Positions 1 through 10,800 of a stretch of 64,000 nucleotides of DNA are shown here, piece by piece. Location of the stretch: contig CALVNT010000038.1 of assembly GCA_944349925.1 (NCBI GenBank), positions 6,197-70,196 on the forward strand. The letters run 5' to 3'. A program made the translations under genes and the position numbers. The stretch comes from an uncultured Clostridia bacterium. Lineage in GTDB: Bacteria > Bacillota > Clostridia > Christensenellales > UBA1242. The notes beneath the pieces are model-generated. The model saw only the letters and a list, made by a program, of their open reading frames with translations, did no database searches and was not told where the DNA came from. How positions within the stretch are numbered: position 1 is the first letter of the stretch; every line of letters starts with the position of its first letter.

Positions 1-1471
1 TCTGATCCATAATTTGAGAAAGTTGAGATTGAGAGAAGAAATCTCTAAGCATTTTGTTTACTGCTTTAGGATTCATGATTTGTGAAGGTGTAACTTCAAC
101 AAAATCTCTTCCTTGCAAAGTTTCTTTAATATTTGTTGAAAGTTTAAATACGCCATCTCTAAAAGCTTTAGCAGTAAGTTCACCAACAGTGGCAACTCTT
201 TTATTAGAAAGGTGCTCAATTTTATCAAGAGAGCCAATGCCCTCAAGAACATCAAGATAACAAGAAATTGTAGCCAAAATATCGTCCATAGTAAGAGTTG
301 TAATTATAAGATCTTTGGCTGAATTTTTTATAGCTTCAATTCTTTTTTCTTTAGTTTTGTTATCTTTTAAAATTTGATTTAAAACTGGTGTATAAACATC
401 TTCATTTATACCAAGTTCTTCTTGCTTGCAAGGTAAAACTTCACTAAGAGTCACACGGTTGTTGCCTCTCATTAAGTGTTTCTTGTCTGAAAGTTGAACC
501 CAAACTTCATTAACAGCGGCATTTTGAACCTTTGTAGCACTTTCAACAGTAAATTCTTCACCTTTTTTAACTAAAAGTTCTCCATCTACAATTATATCAT
601 CAGCAGAAACGAGACCTGGCAATCTTTCTTTAAGCGCAAGACGCTTGTTAAATTTATAGCGCCCTACTCTAGTTAAATTGTAATAAGCATCTGTAAAGAA
701 AGAGGCATTGATAAAGTTTCTAGTGCTTTCAGCAGAAGGCACATCAGAAGGTCTTGTTTTACGAGAAAATTCTATCAAAGCGTCTTCTTGAGAAACTTGA
801 GGTTCTTTATCTAGAACATTTTTAATGTATCTGTTGTTTCCGAAAAGTTTTAAAATTTCTTCATTTGTAAAGCCAAAACATTTGAGAAAAACGCCAAGAG
901 AAAGTTTATTTTTTCTCTCAAGCATGATTTTTAACATTTCATTTGCGCCTTGAACAACTTCAATCCAAGTACCATGAACAGGTATCATTTGTGCTTTTAA
1001 AGAAGCGTCATTATCTTTTTCGCGTTTAAGATAAACACTAGGTGCTCTTACTATTTGGTTAATAACTACTCTTTCAATTCCGTTAAAAACGAAAGAGCCT
1101 TGCTCTGTCATCATAGGAACATCACCTAAAAAAACTTCTTGTTCTACAGCTTGTCCAGTTTCTTCTACAACGAAACGAGCTTTTACTTTGAGAGGAGAAC
1201 TATAAGTTGCTCCGCGTCGTTTACATTCGTTAATGTCGTACTTAGGTTTTGCGAAAGGCAAAATCTCAGTAATATACAATTTAGCTTTTCCCGAATAATC
1301 AGTTAATGGGAAAAACTCATCAAGGACACTCTTGATGCCGTTTTCCAAAAAGTCTTTATAAGATTTTTTTTGAATTTCAAGTAATGGTGGTACTTCAACA
1401 TACTCTTTGCAATGACCAAAAGTATATCTAATAGATTTTCCTGATTTAACTTTCTTTAGATTTACAGACAT
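1..1471 (-). CDS. rpoB: DNA-directed RNA polymerase beta subunit, first ~490 codons (ORF runs off the left window edge)
   Basis: Absent from the ORF track because there is no stop in the window. Own translation of the minus strand from ATG 1471-1469 (AAGGAG upstream) gives MSVNLKKVKSGKSIRYTFGHCKEYVEVPPLLEIQKKSYKDFL...GDVPMMTEQGSFVFNGIERVVINQIVRAPSVY. The codons at the window edge read FFSQSQLSQIMDQ, which is the Rif cluster I motif. Confidence 0.95.
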   Translation of the reverse strand, partial: MSVNLKKVKSGKSIRYTFGHCKEYVEVPPLLEIQKKSYKDFLENGIKSVLDEFFPLTDYSGKAKLYITEILPFAKPKYDINECKRRGATYSSPLKVKARFVVEETGQAVEQEVFLGDVPMMTEQGSFVFNGIERVVINQIVRAPSVYLKREKDNDASLKAQMIPVHGTWIEVVQGANEMLKIMLERKNKLSLGVFLKCFGFTNEEILKLFGNNRYIKNVLDKEPQVSQEDALIEFSRKTRPSDVPSAESTRNFINASFFTDAYYNLTRVGRYKFNKRLALKERLPGLVSADDIIVDGELLVKKGEEFTVESATKVQNAAVNEVWVQLSDKKHLMRGNNRVTLSEVLPCKQEELGINEDVYTPVLNQILKDNKTKEKRIEAIKNSAKDLIITTLTMDDILATISCYLDVLEGIGSLDKIEHLSNKRVATVGELTAKAFRDGVFKLSTNIKETLQGRDFVEVTPSQIMNPKAVNKMLRDFFSQSQLSQIMDQ

Positions 1472-1792
1472 CTTTATTTACTCCTTAAATTTCGAGGGTT
1501 GTAAAAGACGAAAAAAAGACATTATGACGACGAAAAAGCCATAAAATGCCCTTTTTTCAGTTTTAAAATATAACAAATTTCTTCACAAGCGCTCTAATAG
1601 TTGAAAAAATTATATCAATCTATATAAAAAATGTCAACTATTTTTTTAAAAAAAATAAAATATTTTATATTTTTGCCACAGTAAACGATTTTTAAACCTA
1701 TAATCTTTTAACAAAAAAATATTTAATAAAAATGATTTTTGAAAAAAAGATATTACAAATCACAAAAAATTTTAATAACAATCTATGCAAAA

Positions 1793-1830
1793 AGCAAAAA
1801 AATGGACAAAGCATTATCGCATTTGCCCAT
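1793..1830 (-). terminator. Putative rho-independent terminator of the giant-protein operon
   Basis: Imperfect hairpin atggacaaagc / gcatttgcccat (1802-1830). On the minus strand it is followed by a T-run (A-run 1794-1801 on plus). It lies 17 nt after the stop at 1847. Confidence 0.45.
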
Positions 1831-1846
1831 TTTCAAATTATAACAA

Positions 1847-4800
1847 TCAAATCCAAAACAAATCATTTTCGAAAAGCAAGTGTTTAAAATCATCTATTTT
1901 CTCAGACCAAATTTCAAAACTAATTGTTTGTGATTTATCTTGAATAATACCAGATGACGAAGAATAATAGTCTATTTGAATTTTTTTGTCTAATTCGCCG
2001 GTTTCTTTGTTTATATAATTCACTAAATTGTCACCCAACAAATCCTTTGCTGTATAAAGCGACTTGCCTTCTTGAACAGCAATAGACTTTATTTCTTTAT
2101 CTCCAATTTTGACTTTAATTTCTTCCGCTTCATCTGGCACTTCCAAATTTATTTCGTATGCAAAATCATAAAGTGCACTCGTGTTCGAATTTATAGAACT
2201 AGCGCCTGTATCTCCTTTGGTACGAGAATCAGTGCCATAATTATTTATTGACGTATTAGATGTTTCTACTTTAAAATTACTTTCGCAACTTACAAACTGA
2301 GAAACTGTATTTACTCCTGAACTAGCGCCACAACCGTAATAATAGACATTTTCTATCACACCATTGTTTGAGACACTTGTTGTTATTTGATGATAATAAG
2401 GAACAGGCACATCTTCTGTTAATTCAAAGAAACTTTGTTTTACTCCTTCCCACATTTCATTTAAATATCTAAGTGTAAGTGAAATTTTAGAAGAGGTGTA
2501 ACAATTTTTTAAGTCAACATTGTTTGTATTGTCTGCAATCAATCCTCCAACGTTTGCCGATGGCACATTTAGAGCGTTTTGTGCTTCAACGATAAGATTT
2601 GCCTGACAATAAGAATTTGTGATTGTAACTTTAGGAGTAGGATTTGTTGAAACTGCGCCAACAATTCCCCCTAGTTTAGAGATATCGTTTTGCCCGTTTA
2701 CTTGGAGTAAATCACATTTTACAGCAATTTGGTCGAGATTTATTTCGTTTTGAGCCCCACCAACTGCTCCACCTAAAGTTTTTGATGCACTTATATTACC
2801 TTCCACAATAGCTTTGCTTATAGTTGAAACTGTTGCACCGCTATTTGCCACCGTTCCAACAATTCCTCCAACATAGTCAATTGTCGAATAAGTTGAACTT
2901 GTTCCTATTTTTCTTTGATCTACAGCAAACGATTGATACGAAATAACATTTTCGATAATTCCCCCACTAAGCACGCCTGCTATACCACCAACAGCGGAAG
3001 GAACTTGCCCTACAATAGAGAATATTGGACTATCTTCTTGACCATTGCTATAAACAACCGCTTCAGAAATTTTGCCCACTACTTCACCTACAACAAGACC
3101 GCCATAGCTATAAGCTTTTATTGCACTTGACGTAGAAGGTGTCACGTAAACATAGCAAACATTTCCACTCTGTCCAATACCACCAACAGCAAATCCTGCA
3201 CGATCTCCACGCACTGTCAATATTTCATTTGCAAACATATTTTGAGCATAACCCGACCCAAGATAACCAGCAACACCTCCTGCGTAAGAGAAAATCAAAG
3301 TACTCAAGTTTTCTTTGTAATAAACTCCTCTTTGTTCTAGAGTTGGAGTATAGTTTGCTACTGCATTAACATTCGAATTTAAATTTTTCAAAACATAATT
3401 GCCTTCTGCTCGACCAATTATGCCCCCTACAAAATTTGCACCTTGAACTGTCAATGAAGATTGAGTTTTAACTTCAACATTATAAATTTCACCATTTCTA
3501 ACATAACCAACTAAAGCTCCTACTGAAGAAGTCCCAGCAAAGATTACAGTAGATGGACTTAATATAATATTTTTTATAACACCCATTTTTCCTGCTGATA
3601 TACCAAGACTAGCAAATAACCCTGCATTATCCATATGTTCATTTGATTGAAGAACTATAGAAGAAATTTCCATTCCATTGCCTTCAAAGTTTCCAGCGAA
3701 AACGGTTTTATAAATCTGTGAATTGCTAGAATAATTTGAATAATCTATATCGCTTATCATTCTATAATTAGAAGTATTTTGATTAGAGTTTGCCGAGCTA
3801 TTTTCAAGTATTAAAGACTCCATTGTTTCAGCACTGTAAATAAGATAAGGATTATAAAGCGAACCTTTTTCCGCCTTTCTAGTTGCATCAGTAGAAATAT
3901 CGTATTGATAATTGTATGTGATATTGCCTGTTGCAGAATCGACGTCAGCATCTACAAAATTTCGAATTGACAAACTTTCAATATTCGGAGCAACAAGTTC
4001 CAGCCTTCCTTTTGGTAAAAAAATCGATTCAATTTCATAAGTTGTATTTATTTGAGTTCCATAGCCGTTTCCGTTATTTATTTCGCTTTTATTGTTGGTT
4101 GGGACAAAAGCAATATAATTTGAATTTGTTTTGTCGTCGCCACTATAGAACCAAACTGCGTTTGTGCTTACATAATCAGAATAAGCATAATCTTTGAATG
4201 CTTCATTAGCAATGCTAAAGTCGTCTATTGCACTAACTCCCTCAAAAACAATAGGGTTAAGGTCAATGTTTATGCTTTGTAAATAAGATAAATAATAACA
4301 ATTTTCAAAAGTCCCTTGCCCCGAATTGTTGCTTTGATTTACACTTTCATCAGAAGGTGCTTCCTCCTCTTGGTCAAAAGGAGTATTTCTCATAGCAAAG
4401 CCAGCAGAAGCAATAGAATTATTTTGCAATATGCTAAGGGAGAACGAATTTTTAATGTTTCCTGTATTTACATAAACAAATCCAGCCATGTTTGCACTTC
4501 TAGCGAGATATATATCAGAATAACAATCTGAAATGCTTCCATTATTTTCATAAACAAAACCTGCTGAATAATTAGGTCCAGACAAATAACTAGCAGTATT
4601 TGTAGAATATAAAGAATCAGAACTTACTCCACCGCTAACATAACTAGTAATGATTTGACCACCTGAGTTGTTTACATTTACAAGTCCTGCAACATGGAAA
4701 CCTTCGTCAATTTGATCATCACTTGACTGTAAAATTCCTTCTTTATAAGAGCATGCTGCAATTTTGCCATTGTTTATGCCAGCAATACCTGCGATATTAA

Positions 4801-7800
4801 ATGACCCATATATATTTAAAGAAGAAGAGCAATTTGTTATATAGCCATTATTTTCACCGACAAGCGAGCCAACATATGCAGATTCAATACTTCCAAGTGT
4901 ACAATCAACAGTGAAGAAGTTGTCTATTTCTGATAAAACTTTACAATTTGTTATAATCCCATTGTTGTTTCCGACCAAAAGCCCTGTCCTATGTTCCGCA
5001 GTAGTAGTTTTAAAGATAAGAGAGAAATCTGCATTACCAGTATCATAAGAAGATACAACTGTCACATTAAGATTTTTAATTACACTTCCTGATTTTAAAC
5101 TTGAGAAAATACCAAGCTCTGTAGCAGAGCCAAAATCATAAGTTCCGTCCAATATGATTGAGTTGCCATTTCCATCAAATGAGGCAAAAGAAGCAACTTG
5201 TGGTTGATATTGAACATATGAATCGTTGTTTTCAACAAATTCTTTTGAAGGCAATGTTATATCATTAAGAAGAATATAATTGCCCCCCTCTTTCATATCA
5301 ATAAAATCTTCATAGTCAAAGATAGGAATTGGATTTTCTGTACTGCTTGACACAAACACTTCAAACCTAATTTCGGTAGTAATGGTTGAGGCGTTCGAGC
5401 TATTTGAAACCACAATATATTCGGTTCCATTAGCACTTAACCTATAAGAACTTTGATATTTAAAGTAATATAAATTTGCATCAGCTTCGTTTATTCTTAT
5501 CGGCACAATTACAAGATTATCATACTTGAAATAATAATTTTCTCCATTTGCATCTACAAGCAAGTCGTATTCATATTTAGCTTCTCCACTACCAGAACCA
5601 GGCACGCTTTGACCATAGGCTATATTTGTGTAGTAGCTCCATGTGCCACGATAAGTCAAATCATTTACAAATTGATCTACTAAATCAACAACAGATTGAT
5701 TTGTTTTGTCATATTCAATGTAGTCATAAATATCTACAGCAAGATTTTTACTGTTGCCAATAGGCAATGTGATCACTCCGTCAACCATGCCATCAATTAT
5801 ATCCTTATTGCCAGCCTTTTCTCCATCTGCGAGATTTTCATCAATCACATAGTTCATAACTAACAATGTCATATTGCCGGTTGCAGAAATTTGTTTATCA
5901 CCGTCATAACGAACCGCTTCGATTTCTATTTCTATTTTTGCATTTGCACCAAGCGAAGATGATGTAATTTGTAAATAATACTCTCCATTTTCTTGAACGA
6001 TAGAGCCATATTGACTGCCCGAAACTATTGCTGGAGCTGAAATATCTGAGTTATTAAATCCGTAAGAATTTATATTTATTTTATAACTAAGCCCTCTTGC
6101 AACACGATAAGTATTTACTAGTCCAGTTTCACTCTCTTTTCCATCAATTGATAAAGAAATATAATTTTTAAGTTTTAAAGTTAAATCTATTGAATTGTTC
6201 TTTACTGCAATTTCTTGATTGTCTTTATAAACTCTTATATTAAAAGTTGAAATAGAATTATTAACTACTCCATTATTTCCTATGTTGTAAATAAAATAGA
6301 TTACACCGTCATAAGTTTTGTAATTTCTCACTGTTGTTTTTGAGCCGTCACCATTGTCTATTTCGGTTGTTTGGTTGTAAAAATCTATGATTTCTTCTTT
6401 AGTTATCAATAAACCACTATCTGTTGCCGAGCCAACAATCGTGCTTGAATCAAAAAGATTTTTATTATCTTCTGGATTATTTTTGCGAGCCGCAACAGCA
6501 AAAGTACCAACTCCATTTCCAGAGGAATAATTACTTTGAGCATTTTCTATTATCAAATAATCAAAATCACTATCTTCAGGATTAAGCGTTATCGCTAATA
6601 AGCTGTTTTCACCAACATAAGAATAACTGCTAGAAATGCCCACACCATTACTTGACGTCATTTTATCTTGGTCATTATAATTATCGATAACAATGTTTTG
6701 AAGAGGCAAATTTTCAAGTGATATGTTTATTGTCACATATTGAGATCTATTAGATTTTGCCAAAACAACGATCTTATAATCTCCATAAATATTGTTTTCA
6801 AAACGATTTTTGTAAGCTTCACTATTTTTATTTACTATAACATTTAAGTCAAAAGAATACTCTTTTATTAAATAGCCCTCATCAGAAATTGCAACTCCAT
6901 CTCCAATAGTGACTAAAAACAGTTTGTCTTTATTTGTATCAATATACTCAAGATAATTTTCAGCGTCATTAGATTGAATAATTTTGTTGCCAAAAGTGAT
7001 GTAATAAAGCAATCCTTCACTATTAGGGTCATTTTTATCTACATTAGCTGTTGTTCTTAAATATATAGTCTCATTTATTTGATTTGTTGTTGAAATAGCA
7101 ACATTATCATATTTGCTAGCTCCAATACCTACTGCGCCTTTTTGATAATCAATATTTATAGATGATAGAGTTTTATTAACATCGCAAGTATAAATGTTTC
7201 CATTGTATGAAACTTTTAATCTTGGAGAAATTATCAAATTTGCATTTTCAAAAGCTGAATCGCTTTGTTTCTTTGTAATTACTATCAACTGACCAGCAAC
7301 AGAAACATCAAATTCTTCATTTTCTTGCTGAGTATTACTTTCTTCTATAGAGCTTGCTTCAATACTATCTTTTTCATTGCCGTTAGTTTCGACGATAATA
7401 GAAACCTTTGCAGAAACATCATTATTTTTTGCAATTTGGAAATTAAACCCACCTAAAGATGCTTGACCATAACTATCTATAGTAAAATTGTTCTCAATAG
7501 AATCAGAAGAAGAATAATCTGATCCATCAAATGAATAATCTGGTCTAACATAAAGATTTACAGTTTGATTTGAATACATTTTTATCGTTGCATCATCAAG
7601 AGCGGTAGCATCAGAAGAAGAGTTAGGATAAATTATTGACTTAGCGCTATCCACATTAAAATAATTTGTTACATAAATAAGGAAACTTACACCTTCATTT
7701 ATATTTAAAATACTACTTCCCCAAACTTGAACCCAACCTGTTCCAAGAATAGTCATCTCTCCATTTTGGTCGATTTTTAAGATTGAGGTATTTGAAGATT

Positions 7801-10800
7801 GTAAAGTCAATTCACCTAAAATTGTAATAGGATATAATGGGTCGCCGACTGAAAGCGTGTTGTAAGTTTGGTCTAATATATTCTGCGCCTCAGCTAGCCC
7901 TTGCTCAGAATCCGATAATTGAGTGCTGACCGCGCTAAAATAATAAGCAAAGTACGCCTGCGTCGGAGCTTCATCGATTGACATTTGATTGTTGAGAGTT
8001 GCGTTTTCAGTTACACCTAAATCAAGATCTCCCCCCTTAGTAGAGAAGAAATGTTGCTTGACAATTTTATCGTATTGCACAGCGACTGCTTCGCCGTAAT
8101 ACTTGTCTAAATCTTGAGTAATAGCAATGCTTTGATTTTCATCTTCGATCTTATTTTGCTCTCTTGTAATGTATGAAACGAATTGAGAAGTATATTGATC
8201 AAAAGTTGTAAGAGCTGAGTCTTGTCCAAAAGCAAGCTTGTTTAAATTGTTGAAGTCAATGTTTTCTACATCTGTTGATAATGAGTTATCATCTAAATAT
8301 ATGACAAGCATTGAAGCTTCTTCTCCCACTTTTCCATCATCTACTGCCTGCATAAAGAAAAGTGGTGAAATAGATTGGTCACTATTATTTATAATTTGTC
8401 CTGTTAGAAGTCCAATCTCGCCCTTCCCTAAGGTTTGTTTTCTTACGAAAGTACGAGAAGTTATTCCAGCAAAGCAATAATCGTCTCTAGTTTCCGAACC
8501 TGTATTGTTGGCATTTCCAGTTATTTCAAGTTGTCCAACAACTCCTCCAACATAATTAAGACCACTAACTTCACCTCCAACGACAATACCTTTTCCTGCA
8601 ATATAGTTATACGAAGGTTTAACAACATATTTTTGGTCATTGTTTGTAGCAAATAGTCCGCTATCTATATTGTTTACCCAAATTTTCCCTGCGACAGAAC
8701 CAATATAACTTGTTGAAAAGGTATCAGTTTTGCTCAAATATGCATTTATTAAAGCATAAGACAAATAATTTGAATAACCTGCGTATGTAGACTGCCCATC
8801 AACCTTTTTGATTATTCCATTACTTTGTCCGGCAATACCACCCGCAAAAAGATTTGTGCCCGTGTAATCAATATTTAGAAAATCATTCATAAACAAAGTG
8901 TAGTCAAAGAGTTTGAAACTTTCACTATCATTTGAAACAAAATTTTGTTCAATGGTTCCTTCATTTAATCCGACAAGTCCGCCAATATATGTGTTTAAAT
9001 TATTATTGCCAGTTATTGTCACTTTAGATGAATCAACTGTTACAGAGACATTGTATATTTGTCCATAGTTTATTCCCGCTATAATTCCTAAGTAAGTGTC
9101 ATTTGTTATATCAATATTTAAGTCAAATTTACCTTCAAATTTTAAATTAGAAATAATAGCACCTTCAGCGATACTTGTAAATAAACCACCATAATTGTAA
9201 TTGTTTTCACCTACTGCTTGCGCCGAAGATTGTGATATCTTAGATATATTTATTCCAGTGATTACAGCATACTCATTATCCCCTACGATTGAGCCTTTAA
9301 GTTCTCCTAACGGCATATCAATTGACGATGCGTCGATAGTAGTTGTCACTTTATAATGAGCAGACAAATTGTCTTTAACAGAGAGCAAGTCTTCTGTACT
9401 ATCTATTGTAAATGGATTTTCTTTTGATCCATTTGAAAAAGTAATAGAAATTGTAACAACTTTATTCTTATTTTCTTCAACAAGTTTTCCCGTATCATCA
9501 TACCAGTCTTCTGCAGCAATGGTTAATGTAGCGATAAAAGGTTTTCCACCGAAGAAATTTTGATTTGAGTTTGCTTTTTGCAAAAACTCCTCGTCAGCAA
9601 CAAGCGATACATTAACCACGCTTCCACCATTTCCATTTATTTGAATACCGCTACCTGCTTCTGCAATAGTCGTATCACCAAAAAGGTTATATTTTTTGCC
9701 TTCAAAAGTAACAGAATCACCAGTAATAGAAACGCGAATATTTTTATTTATCGCACTATTTTGAAGTACTCGTAAATTTATTTCGTGACTTTTATCTAAA
9801 GAAGAAAATTCTAAAGATGATACAGGACTGATTGTTGACAAACTTTCAACTGCATCATAATCAAGAATTTTTACATTTACAGTGTATGATTTTCTTGCAA
9901 TTTCATATTGATCAATGTTTGCGATAAGTGAGAAAGACAATACGTTTGCACTTGCATCTGGTGCTAAAGTTAAAAGCAAGTTTTGAGTGTCAAATGTAGC
10001 AATAACAACATCTTGCAGTGTGATTTGATAAATATTTTCAGAGTTTTCTTGCATAGACATAAACTCTTTCTTTTCTCCATCAAGAAGTATTGTGTAACCA
10101 GGCACTGTCCAGAAAACATATTTAAGGTCAAATTTATTTTCTTCAAATTGATTATTTAAATGATTTTTAAACAAATAGCTTTGAGTAATCTCATTGAAAT
10201 ATGAGACGTCAACATTTAAAGATGCTTGTTTTTGTTCTGTCAAATTGGCTTTGTTATTGTAAAGGTAAACATATCTAGCATTTATAGGTAACTCATCAGA
10301 GCTATAATAGCCTTGTCCGTCAGAATTTTTTGTAACCACAAAGTCTTTTAAATATTCATATCCAACCACATTTAAAACAAAAGTTTTTTCTATTTGTTTG
10401 GCTACAAAATTTTCAACACTATATCCCCTTACTGTCAATGTAATAAAAGAGCTACCAACGCCAAATAAATTCACATCAAAACTTTCACCATTTATATTTG
10501 AAATGGTAATAATATCTTGCGATTGTAATAGAGTCTCATAACTTAAAATGGCTTGTGAGGAAGAATCTGAATTGGCTACCAATTGAAGATCAAAACTATT
10601 TCGGTCTTGCTTGTCCTCATCTTCAGTATTAAATCTTGCATAAATAGTTGCACCGTCTTGATCAAAATCAACAATATTCATATTTGCGTTTTTATTTGTT
10701 GTTTCAATCGCAAGAGTGTTTAAACTTTCAACTACATCAATAGTTATAGATGTTGCTAGACCATTTGGCAAACTTATTGAGTAAACCCCTCTGCCCATTT

